Shown here: one piece after another, positions 42,131 to 50,734 of the stretch | Layout of the letters: the number at the start of each line of letters is the position of its first letter | Numbering within the stretch: the first letter of the stretch is position 1 | Assembly (NCBI GenBank): GCA_964584205.1 | Contig: CAZOZF010000003.1 | Coordinates: 5,476-60,182 of the forward strand | DNA length: 54,707 nucleotides | DNA from: an uncultured Verrucomicrobiota bacterium | Lineage (GTDB): Bacteria; Verrucomicrobiota; Kiritimatiellia; CAIKKV01; CAITUY01 | Reading direction: 5' to 3' | The notes under the pieces: generated by a model | Databases searched by the model: none | What the model saw: the letters and a program-made list of their open reading frames with translations, nothing else | What the model was told of the DNA's origin: nothing | Position numbers and translations under genes: made by a program

Positions 42131-44608
42131 ATGGATAATTCAGGAAGTTATACGCCGCGGGCTCAACAGGTGATCCAGTTGGCGCGCGGGGAAGCAGATC
42201 GGTTCAATCACTCGTATGTGGGAACCGAGCATCTCCTGTTAGGGCTGGTCGCGCTGGGGCAGGGTGTGGCCGTCACGGTGCTTGAGCGCATGGGAATTTC
42301 GCTGGAGTCCCTCAGGCTGGAAGTCGAGAAGTCGGTCGGGCAGGGGCCTGAAACCAAGACGGTGGGCAATGTTCCCTTTACGCCCCGTGCCAAAAAGGTG
42401 CTCCAGCTGGCGGCCGCCGAGGCCCGCTCCCTGAATCATACCTACATCGGAACCGAGCACCTCCTGTTGGGATTGCTACGGGAGGGTGAGGGCGTTGCGG
42501 CCCAGGTTCTGAGGAATTTGAACGTGGATCCCGATACCACGCGGGTGGAGGTCATGAAGGAGCTCGATCCCAATTACGAGCCGGGGGAGGACGCGCCCGC
42601 GCCGGAGCCGAAAAGCAAGGCCCAGGCGGCGGGTGACGCCAAGCCCAAGACTCCTGCCTTGAATGCGTTTGGAAGGGATCTGACCGAGCTGGCCCGCAAG
42701 GGCGGCCTGGATCCGATGATCGGCCGTGAATCCGAACTGGAGCGCTGTATCCAGATCCTGTGCCGCCGGACCAAGAATAATGCCGTTCTGCTGGGCGAGG
42801 CCGGCGTCGGAAAGACCGCCATCGTCGAGGGGTTGGCTCAGGTCATTATCTCGGGACTGGTTCCCGACATCCTTCGCAATAAGCGGGTGATCGCCCTGGA
42901 CCTTGCGCTCATGATTGCCGGAACCAAGTACCGCGGACAGTTCGAGGAGCGGATCAAGGCGGTGATGGAGGAGATCAAGCGGAACGGCAATGTCATCCTG
43001 TTTGTGGACGAAATCCACACCATTGTCGGGGCGGGCTCCGCCGAGGGAACCATGGATGCCTCGAACATCATCAAGCCGGCCCTGGCGCGAGGGGAACTCC
43101 AGTGCATCGGCGCCACGACCTTGAACGAATACCGGAAATATATCGAGAAGGATAGTGCCCTCGAGCGGCGCTTCCAGACAGTGAAGGTCGAGGAGCCCAG
43201 CGTGGAGGATGCCATCCGCATCCTCAAGGGGATTCGCCACAAGTACGAGGAGCATCACAACGTCAAGATCACCGACGATGCGGTGGATGCCGCCGCCCGG
43301 CTGACGGACCGGTATCTGTCCGGTCGGAACCTGCCCGATAAGGCGATTGACACGATTGACGAGGCCGGTGCCCGGGCGCGTATCCTGGCCACAACCCGCT
43401 CACCGGAGCTCCGTAAGAAGGAACAGGCCATTGAAGCGATCCGGCTGGAGAAGGAAGTCGCCATCAAGAGCCAGGATTTCGAGGCTGCTGCCCGCCTTCG
43501 CGATCTCGAGAAGCGGGAGCGCGAGACGCTCGAGGGGAATGTGAAGAAGTGGCAGGATGCCGGGAAAAAGAAAAAAATCAAGGTCACCGAAGAGGATGTC
43601 ATGGCCGTCGTCTCGAAGTGGACCGGAGTGCCCCTGAAGAAGATGGAAGGCAAGGAGTTGGCCCGCCTCCTGAATATGGAGACGGAGCTGGAAAAAACGG
43701 TCATTGGGCAGCAGGACGCTATTGTCACGATATCCAAGGCGCTCCGGAGATCACGCGCCGACTTGAAGGATCCCCGGCGTCCCATCGGCTCGTTTGTCTT
43801 TCTGGGCCCGACGGGGGTGGGCAAGACCCTGTTGGCAAAAACACTAGCCGAGTTCATGTTCGAGGGTTCCAGCGCCCTCATCCAGCTCGACATGTCCGAA
43901 TACATGGAAAAGTTTACCGTTTCCCGCCTGGTCGGTTCACCGCCGGGGTATGTGGGGTATGAGGAAGGCGGGCAACTGACTGAAAAGGTGCGGCGTCGCC
44001 CGTATTCGGTGGTGCTGTTTGATGAAATCGAGAAAGCGCATCCCGATGTCATGCATATGCTGCTCCAGATCATGGAGGAGGGGCGCCTGACCGACAGTAC
44101 CGGGCGGCATGTCGATTTCCGGAACACGGTCATCATTCTCACGACCAACCTGGGCTCCGATTTTATCAGGAAGGGTGGTCTCGGGTTTACCGAATCGGGT
44201 CCGGCAGTGGATTACGGAACCCTGAAGGCGCGGATGCTGGAGGAGGTTAAGCGGCTGTTCAAGCCGGAATTCCTGAACCGGATCGATGAGATTGTGGTGT
44301 TCCGCCAGTTCGAGCGGCCGGAGATGGTTCGCATCCTGGAACTGGAAGTCCGCAAGGTGAAAAGCCGCCTGGAAGCGAAGGGGATCAATTTGGCGTTGAC
44401 TCCCGAGGCGCAGGAATTCCTGCTGGAGAAGGGGTTTGATCCGGCCATGGGAGCGCGGCCCCTGCGGCGGGCGGTGCAACGGTACCTGGAAGATCCACTG
44501 GCTGAGGAAATTCTGCGGGGCGACTTCCGGGATGCCGGAAAAGTGAATGTGATCAAGGGGGATGGCGGTCTGGTCTTCAGTATTGCGGCCGGCAGGGTGA
44601 AGGCCTAG
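42131..44608 (+). CDS. clpC: ATP-dependent Clp protease ATP-binding subunit ClpC
   Basis: 825 aa. It has two Clp_N repeats ([11 protein letters not shown] / [12 protein letters not shown]), two AAA+ modules (GEAGVGKTA / GPTGVGKTL) and a middle UVR motif [13 protein letters not shown]. Confidence 0.95.
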   Translation: MDNSGSYTPRAQQVIQLARGEADRFNHSYVGTEHLLLGLVALGQGVAVTVLERMGISLESLRLEVEKSVGQGPETKTVGNVPFTPRAKKVLQLAAAEARSLNHTYIGTEHLLLGLLREGEGVAAQVLRNLNVDPDTTRVEVMKELDPNYEPGEDAPAPEPKSKAQAAGDAKPKTPALNAFGRDLTELARKGGLDPMIGRESELERCIQILCRRTKNNAVLLGEAGVGKTAIVEGLAQVIISGLVPDILRNKRVIALDLALMIAGTKYRGQFEERIKAVMEEIKRNGNVILFVDEIHTIVGAGSAEGTMDASNIIKPALARGELQCIGATTLNEYRKYIEKDSALERRFQTVKVEEPSVEDAIRILKGIRHKYEEHHNVKITDDAVDAAARLTDRYLSGRNLPDKAIDTIDEAGARARILATTRSPELRKKEQAIEAIRLEKEVAIKSQDFEAAARLRDLEKRERETLEGNVKKWQDAGKKKKIKVTEEDVMAVVSKWTGVPLKKMEGKELARLLNMETELEKTVIGQQDAIVTISKALRRSRADLKDPRRPIGSFVFLGPTGVGKTLLAKTLAEFMFEGSSALIQLDMSEYMEKFTVSRLVGSPPGYVGYEEGGQLTEKVRRRPYSVVLFDEIEKAHPDVMHMLLQIMEEGRLTDSTGRHVDFRNTVIILTTNLGSDFIRKGGLGFTESGPAVDYGTLKARMLEEVKRLFKPEFLNRIDEIVVFRQFERPEMVRILELEVRKVKSRLEAKGINLALTPEAQEFLLEKGFDPAMGARPLRRAVQRYLEDPLAEEILRGDFRDAGKVNVIKGDGGLVFSIAAGRVKA

Positions 44609-44615
44609 GTGAGAT

Positions 44616-45944
44616 GTGTTTGATTCCCTGACCAGTTCGTTGGAATCGGTATTCAAAAAGCTTCGCGGCTACGGGCGGCTTACGGAAGCCAATATCAAGG
44701 ATGCCATGCGCGAAGTCCGGATGGCGCTTCTGGAGGCGGATGTCAATTACGAGGTGGCCCGGGATTTCGTGGCCCGCGTGAGTGCTCAATGCGTCGGCGA
44801 GGAAGTGCTTCACAGCATCACGCCCGGTCAGCAGGTCGTCAAGCGGGTGCACGATGAACTCGTGACGTTGCTGGGCGGCCCGAAGAATCGCCGACTGGAA
44901 CTCAATCCGTTACCCGCGCCCGTCATGCTGGTGGGATTGCATGGCTCGGGAAAAACAACCACGGCGGCCAAGTTGGCCTCGCTCTGGAAGAAGGATGGAA
45001 AAAATGTGCTGCTGGTGGGGGCCGATATCCGGCGACCCGCCGCCGTGGAGCAATTGGGCGTTCTGGCCAAGCAGGTGGGCGTGGATATGCTGGCTCCGGA
45101 GCCTGGCGAAACCGTTCCTGCGCTGGGGCGGCGCGCGCTGGATCGCGCCGAATTGACCGGACGGGATGTGGTGCTGTTTGATACCGGCGGCCGGTTCCAG
45201 ATCGATGAGGAGCTGGTTCAGGAGTTAAAGGATCTCCGGGAGATCGTCAAATGCCGGAATACGGTTCTCGTGGTGGATGCCGCCATCGGGCAGGAATCGG
45301 TTCATGTGGCGGAGGTGTTTCATAAGGCCCTGGAACTCAGGGGCTTGATCCTCACCAAACTGGACGGGGACGCCCGCGGGGGCGCCGCGTTGTCCATTCA
45401 GGCGGTGACCGGGTGCCCGATCCTGTACACGGGCGTGGGGGAGAAAATCGTCGAACTGGAGCCGTTTTATCCCGAGCGCATGGCCTCCCGGATTCTCGGG
45501 ATGGGCGATATCATCAGCCTGGTCGAAAAAGCCCAGGACTCCGTTGATCTGGCGCAACTTGCCGGAATGGAGCAGAAAGTTCGCAAGAACCGGCTCGATC
45601 TTGAGGATTTTCTGGGACAACTCAGGATGCTGAAGAAAATGGGGTCCATGGAGAGCCTGATTGAGATGATGCCCATGGGGGGGCAGGTCAAGGCCAAGCT
45701 CCGGGAGGCGGGAAAAGGACAGGATTTTGCCAAGTCGACCAAGCGCGCCGAGGCCATTATCCAGAGCATGACCCCGCGGGAGCGACGCCGACCGGAGATC
45801 CTGAATGCCAGCCGGAAACGGCGGATCGCGGCGGGAAGCGGGACCCAGGTTCAGGACGTGAATGAACTGCTCAAGCAGTTCGACCAGACCCGCCAGATGG
45901 CCAAACGGATGGGAAGCATGCAAAAGAGGTTGCGTCCCCGGTGA
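44616..45944 (+). CDS. ffh: Signal recognition particle protein Ffh
   Basis: GTG start (MFDSLTSSLESVFKKLRG). It has GLHGSGKTTT, DTGGR, TKLDGDARGG and an M domain with MGDIISLVEKAQ. Confidence 0.95.
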   Translation: MFDSLTSSLESVFKKLRGYGRLTEANIKDAMREVRMALLEADVNYEVARDFVARVSAQCVGEEVLHSITPGQQVVKRVHDELVTLLGGPKNRRLELNPLPAPVMLVGLHGSGKTTTAAKLASLWKKDGKNVLLVGADIRRPAAVEQLGVLAKQVGVDMLAPEPGETVPALGRRALDRAELTGRDVVLFDTGGRFQIDEELVQELKDLREIVKCRNTVLVVDAAIGQESVHVAEVFHKALELRGLILTKLDGDARGGAALSIQAVTGCPILYTGVGEKIVELEPFYPERMASRILGMGDIISLVEKAQDSVDLAQLAGMEQKVRKNRLDLEDFLGQLRMLKKMGSMESLIEMMPMGGQVKAKLREAGKGQDFAKSTKRAEAIIQSMTPRERRRPEILNASRKRRIAAGSGTQVQDVNELLKQFDQTRQMAKRMGSMQKRLRPR

Positions 45945-46032
45945 GAATGTGACATATTGCGCGGCTTTTGAGTCTTGGCGCCGGAACCCTTTTTGGGTTT
46001 CGGGACGTGGTTTTGATTGAGGGAGGCATTGA

Positions 46033-46290
46033 ATGGCAGTTAAAATTAGAATGACCCGTACGGGCGCAAACAAAGATATCAGCTACCGTGTGGTGGCGAC
46101 GGACAGCCGTTCTCCCCGTGATGGGAAGAACCTGGAAATCGTGGGATGGTATGATCCTAAGAAAAAAGGGATTAATTTCGAATTGAAAATGGATCGTGTT
46201 GATCATTGGATCAGCAAGGGTGCCCTGGTCAGCGATACGGTGAAGAGCCTGATCAAGAAAAACCGGGCAGCAGCCAAAGCAAGCGCATGA
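46033..46290 (+). CDS. rpsP: 30S ribosomal protein S16
   Basis: MAVKIRMTRTGANKDISYRVVATDSRSPRDGKNLEIVGWYDP. Confidence 0.97.
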   Translation: MAVKIRMTRTGANKDISYRVVATDSRSPRDGKNLEIVGWYDPKKKGINFELKMDRVDHWISKGALVSDTVKSLIKKNRAAAKASA

Positions 46291-46517
46291 AGGATTTTGT
46301 GACGTTCATCGCCCGCGCGATGGCCGAGCATCCCGATGAAGTCGTGGTGACGGAAGTGACGGGCAAGCAGACGACGATTCTGGAATTGCGCTGTCATCCC
46401 AAGGATGTGGGTCGCTTGATCGGGCGAAGCGGAAAAACAATTTCCGCGCTTCGAACCCTGGTCAGTAATTATGCGGTTCAAAAGGGATGCCGGACGGTTC
46501 TGGAACTGGCGGAATAG
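46287..46517 (+). CDS. KH-domain RNA-binding protein (UPF0109/YlqC-like)
   Basis: Track ORF 46206..46517. I prefer ATG 46287, which overlaps the rpsP stop as ATGA. The sequence is MKDFVTFIARAMAEHPDEVVV...GRLIGRSGKTISALRTLV (GxxG KH motif). Confidence 0.85.
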   Translation: MKDFVTFIARAMAEHPDEVVVTEVTGKQTTILELRCHPKDVGRLIGRSGKTISALRTLVSNYAVQKGCRTVLELAE

Positions 46518-46520
46518 CCC

Positions 46521-47213
46521 ATGGACGGGCCGCTGAGGATTGATGTGATCACCCTTTTCCCGGGGATGCTGAATGGTTTCCTGGAAGAGAGCATCCTCAA
46601 GCGCGCGTCGAACAAGGGTGCGGTCGTTTTTAACACGGTGGAGTTGAGGCGGTTCACGACGGATCGGCACAAAACGACGGATGATCGTCCGTTCGGAGGA
46701 GGGCCGGGGATGGTGATGAAGCCTGAACCGCTTTTCGAGGCCGTGGAGTCGGTTCGGACACCCGGAGCGAGGGTGATCCTGATGACGCCTCAGGGGCGGC
46801 CGTTTGTTCAGGCTGAGGCGGTCGGGTTTTCGAAGGCCCGGCATTTGATTTTTGTATGCGGACACTATGAGGGTGTGGATGAGCGGGTTCGGACGCACCT
46901 CGCGACGGATGAGATTTCGATCGGAGACTACGTTCTCACGAACGGGGTTCTGCCGGCGGCGGTGGTGATCGATGCGGTGGTTCGGTTGGTGCCCGGGGTG
47001 TTGGGGAACGATGAGACGATCCGTGAAGAGTCGTTTACGGACGGCGTCTTGGAGTATCCTCAATACACGAGACCGAGGGAGTTCAGGGGATTGGAAGTCC
47101 CCGCGATCCTTGTTTCAGGGGATCATGAGGAAATAGCCCGGTGGCGGAAAGAACAGTCGGAGCGCCGGACGAAGGAAAGAAGACCAGACTTGTTGAGAAT
47201 GAGGGAACTATGA
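46521..47213 (+). CDS. trmD: tRNA (guanine37-N1)-methyltransferase
   Basis: 230 aa with [31 protein letters not shown] and [10 protein letters not shown]. Confidence 0.96.
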   Translation: MDGPLRIDVITLFPGMLNGFLEESILKRASNKGAVVFNTVELRRFTTDRHKTTDDRPFGGGPGMVMKPEPLFEAVESVRTPGARVILMTPQGRPFVQAEAVGFSKARHLIFVCGHYEGVDERVRTHLATDEISIGDYVLTNGVLPAAVVIDAVVRLVPGVLGNDETIREESFTDGVLEYPQYTRPREFRGLEVPAILVSGDHEEIARWRKEQSERRTKERRPDLLRMREL

Positions 47214-47572
47214 TTGCTAAAGCATTGGCCATGATTCACAAAGAGAACCTGCGCAAGGAGGCTTTGCCTTCTTTTCGCGTCGGCGATACCGTTAAGCTCG
47301 AGGTTAAAATCCGCGAGGGTGGCAAAGAGCGCGTCCAGGCGTTTACTGGCGCGGTGATTGCCCGTGACGGAACAGGCGCAACCGAGACGTTTACCGTTCG
47401 CCGCATTTCGCATGGCGTCGGCGTGGAGCGTATTTTCCCGGTTAATTCCCCCAACCTCGCCAGCCTCGAGGTTGAAAGCTCAGGCCAGAACCGGCGCGCT
47501 AAGCTCTATTTCTTGCGCGACCGCGTGGGTAAGAGTGCCAAGCTGCGCGCGAAGAACAAGGTCGAAGCGTAA
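47210..47572 (+). CDS. rplS: 50S ribosomal protein L19
   Basis: Track ORF 47141..47572. I prefer ATG 47210, which overlaps the trmD stop as ATGA. The sequence is ...[33 protein letters not shown]...[17 protein letters not shown]. Confidence 0.95.
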   Translation: MIAKALAMIHKENLRKEALPSFRVGDTVKLEVKIREGGKERVQAFTGAVIARDGTGATETFTVRRISHGVGVERIFPVNSPNLASLEVESSGQNRRAKLYFLRDRVGKSAKLRAKNKVEA

Positions 47573-47581
47573 GGGATTCCC

Positions 47582-48229
47582 TTGCTTCAATTTGAACGGC
47601 AGGCCTGGGAAAGCGGCATGGTTCGGCTGGCGGGAGTGGATGAAGCCGGACGGGGGCCCCTTGCCGGACCCGTCGTGGCGGCGGCGCTGGTTTTTGACCG
47701 CGCTTTCCTGGAGGCTGAATCGTACGGTCTCCTTGAGGCTATCAACGATTCCAAGACCCTCACTGAATCCCAGCGTAATGAGAGTTATGCCCTGTTGACC
47801 GGGCCCTGCCACTGTATCGTTGGCGTGGGGGTCGCCGATGTGGCCGAGATTGACAGCCTCAATATTCTCCGTGCCACCCACCTCGCAATGGCGCGCGCCC
47901 TCAACGCCCTGTCGCCTTTGCCGGATTTTGTCCTGGTGGACGGACTTCCCGTGCCGGGGCTCCCCTGTCCCTCGCGTGCCATTGTGGGGGGGGATGGCCG
48001 GTCGCTCAGCATTGCGGCGGCCAGTATCATTGCCAAGGTGACCCGGGACCGGATGATGGTCGAACTGGATGCCTTGTATCCCGGGTATCAGTTTGCCCGG
48101 CACAAGGGGTATGGCACCAAAATTCACATGGAGTCGCTTTTCAAGCTCGGTCCTTCGCCTGCCCATCGCCGTTCTTTCCGCCCTGTCCGGGAAGCCATGC
48201 GGGTGTGGGCTGGGGGCCAAAACGCATAA
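47582..48229 (+). CDS. rnhB: Ribonuclease HII
   Basis: TTG start at 47582, with ATG 47618 as an alternative. It has LAGVDEAGRGPLAGPVVAAA and the motif DSKTLTE. Confidence 0.92.
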   Translation: MLQFERQAWESGMVRLAGVDEAGRGPLAGPVVAAALVFDRAFLEAESYGLLEAINDSKTLTESQRNESYALLTGPCHCIVGVGVADVAEIDSLNILRATHLAMARALNALSPLPDFVLVDGLPVPGLPCPSRAIVGGDGRSLSIAAASIIAKVTRDRMMVELDALYPGYQFARHKGYGTKIHMESLFKLGPSPAHRRSFRPVREAMRVWAGGQNA

Positions 48230-48323
48230 TTCGTTCGATCTTCAATCAAAGGGCTGCTATTTTCTGGCGTCAGACGGCGAAATTCAATAGGCTTCGACCG
48301 CGTTTTTAGGAGGAAAACAACAC

Positions 48324-49616
48324 ATGATTCTGCGTTATACCCGCCCGGAAATGGGCACGATCTGGTCGGACGAGAATAGATTCGCCGTGTGGCTCAAAAT
48401 CGAGATTCTGGCCTGCGAGGCCATGAATAAACTGGGGGTCGTTCCTGCCGCCGATTTGAAGCGGATCAAGGCGCGCGCTACCTTCAGCGTCAAACGCATC
48501 AATAAAATCGAGGCGAAGGTCAATCATGATGTCATCGCCTTCCTGACCAATGTTGCCGAGCATGTCGGGCCTTCCTCGCGGTTTATTCACCGGGGTCTTA
48601 CCAGTTCGGATGTCCTGGACACCGCCCTGGCGGTTCAGATGCTTCAGGCGGTGGACATCCTGATTGCCGATGTGAAGGCGGTTCGCAAGGTGGCAGCCGC
48701 GAAAGCCCGGAAATTCAAGTATACGCCCATGATCGGGCGCAGCCACGGCGTTCATGCCGAGCCGATCACCTTTGGACTGAAAATGGCCCTCATGTATGAC
48801 GAATTCGGGCGGGCCCTGACACGCCTTGAGGCGGCGCGCGCCATCATCCGGGTCGGTCAGCTTTCGGGCGCGGTCGGAACCCACGCCCACATTGATCCTT
48901 TTGTTGAAAAGTATGTCTGCGGCAAGCTTGGCCTCAAGCCCGCGGCGATTTCAACCCAGGTTCTTCAGCGCGATCGCCATGCCGAATACATGTCGGCTCT
49001 GGCCCTGGTGGGCGCCTCGGTGGATCGCTGGGCAACAGAATTCCGGCATCTGCAGCGGACCGAGGTGTTGGAGGTTGAGGAATATTTCGGAAAGGATCAG
49101 AAAGGATCCTCGGCGATGCCCCACAAGAAAAACCCCATCACGGGGGAGAAACTGTGCGGGCTTGCACGGTTGCTTCGTGGGAACCTCGTCGCAGCCCTGG
49201 AAAATGTGGCGCTGTGGCATGAGCGGGATATCTCCCATTCTTCCGTGGAACGGGTGATTCTGCCCGACAGCACCATCGCCTTGGATCATATGCTGGTGAA
49301 CCTGGAGAAGCTGGTGCGGAACCTGGTGGTGTCGCCCGTGCGGATGAAGGAAAACCTGGATATGACCCACGGGTTGATTCATTCCCAGCAGGTGCTGTTG
49401 ATGCTGACCCAGGTGGGCTTTACCCGGGAACAGGCTTATCGCATGGTTCAGCGTCATGCCATGGCCGCCTGGGAAACGCGACAGAGCCTGCGCGGACTGA
49501 TTGAGGCCGATTCCGAGATCATGGAAAAGGTGACCGCCTCTGACCTCGATAAGGTTTTCGACCTGGGTGTTCATTTCCGGGATGTGGCAAGGACGTTTAA
49601 GGCCGTGGGACTGTGA
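48324..49616 (+). CDS. purB: Adenylosuccinate lyase
   Basis: 430 aa with a strong SD (AGGAGG), the N-terminus MILRYTRPEMGTIWSDENRF and the signature GSSAMPHKKNP. Confidence 0.97.
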   Translation: MILRYTRPEMGTIWSDENRFAVWLKIEILACEAMNKLGVVPAADLKRIKARATFSVKRINKIEAKVNHDVIAFLTNVAEHVGPSSRFIHRGLTSSDVLDTALAVQMLQAVDILIADVKAVRKVAAAKARKFKYTPMIGRSHGVHAEPITFGLKMALMYDEFGRALTRLEAARAIIRVGQLSGAVGTHAHIDPFVEKYVCGKLGLKPAAISTQVLQRDRHAEYMSALALVGASVDRWATEFRHLQRTEVLEVEEYFGKDQKGSSAMPHKKNPITGEKLCGLARLLRGNLVAALENVALWHERDISHSSVERVILPDSTIALDHMLVNLEKLVRNLVVSPVRMKENLDMTHGLIHSQQVLLMLTQVGFTREQAYRMVQRHAMAAWETRQSLRGLIEADSEIMEKVTASDLDKVFDLGVHFRDVARTFKAVGL

Positions 49617-49671
49617 GCCATTACAGAATGTTGATTTTTGATTGTAGATTTCAGGAGAGGATAAGACCTTT

Positions 49672-50718
49672 ATGAGTAAGAAAGTTGTCAAACGGGCGAA
49701 GTCGGCGTATGCGGCGGCGGGAGTCGACATCGATTCAAAAATGAACGGGATCGCCTCCATCAAGAAAATGGTGAAGGCCACGCGAACCGCCGGGGTGCTC
49801 AACGAAATCGGATCCTTTGGTGGTTTTTTTGCCTCGCCGGGAAAAGATAAGATCCTGGTGGCCAGCACGGATGGCGTCGGCACTAAGCTCAAGATTGCCG
49901 CCATGGCGCGCCGGCATGACACGGTCGGGCAGGATATCGTCAATCATTGCGTGAATGACATCCTGGTTCAAGGTGCCACACCCCTGTTCTTCATGGACTA
50001 TGTTGGTATTTCAAAGTTCGAAGGCTGGATCTTTGAGCAGGTTGTCAGCGGACTTTGCAAGGCCTGCCGCGAAAATGGCTGCGCCCTGCTCGGCGGGGAG
50101 ACGGCGGAAATGCCCGGGCTCTATCCTCCCAGCGAGTATGACTTAGTCGGGACGATTGTCGGCGTGGTCGGCCGTCGTGAGGTGATCACGGGGAAAACCA
50201 TCCGGCCCGACGATGTCATGATCGGACTTCCATCCTCCGGTCTCCATACCAATGGGTATTCCCTGGCCCGTAAAGTGGTTTTTGAAACCGCCAAGCTAAA
50301 GCTCTCCGATGTCTTGCCGGGCACCCGCAAGACGGTGTCAGAGATTCTTCTGGCGGTTCATAAGAGCTATCTCAAGCCGGTTACCACCCTGATGAAGTCT
50401 GTAAAAATCCGGGGCATGGCCCATATCACCGGCGGGGGATTCCCGGACAACGTGCCGCGGGTATTGCCTGCGACGGTGAATGCGGTGTTTGACCGGAGTT
50501 CATGGGTCATTCCGGAGATTTACAAGTTCATTCAGAAGGTGGGCAAGGTTGACCGGGAGGAAATGTACCGGGTGTTCAACATGGGTATCGGCATGGTGGT
50601 GGTGGTTCGTAAGCAGGATGTCGAGAAATCCCTCGCGGTGTTGAAAAAAGCAGGCGAGAAACCCGTGCTGATTGGCTGGATTGAAAAAGGCAACCGGAAG
50701 GTGCGGTTGATCAACTGA
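49672..50718 (+). CDS. purM: Phosphoribosylformylglycinamidine cyclo-ligase (AIR synthetase)
   Basis: 348 aa with YAAAGVDID, STDGVGTKLKIA, VNDILVQGATPLFFMDY and GGETAEMPG. Confidence 0.96.
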   Translation: MSKKVVKRAKSAYAAAGVDIDSKMNGIASIKKMVKATRTAGVLNEIGSFGGFFASPGKDKILVASTDGVGTKLKIAAMARRHDTVGQDIVNHCVNDILVQGATPLFFMDYVGISKFEGWIFEQVVSGLCKACRENGCALLGGETAEMPGLYPPSEYDLVGTIVGVVGRREVITGKTIRPDDVMIGLPSSGLHTNGYSLARKVVFETAKLKLSDVLPGTRKTVSEILLAVHKSYLKPVTTLMKSVKIRGMAHITGGGFPDNVPRVLPATVNAVFDRSSWVIPEIYKFIQKVGKVDREEMYRVFNMGIGMVVVVRKQDVEKSLAVLKKAGEKPVLIGWIEKGNRKVRLIN

Positions 50719-50734
50719 TGTGACCGGGAGGCGG

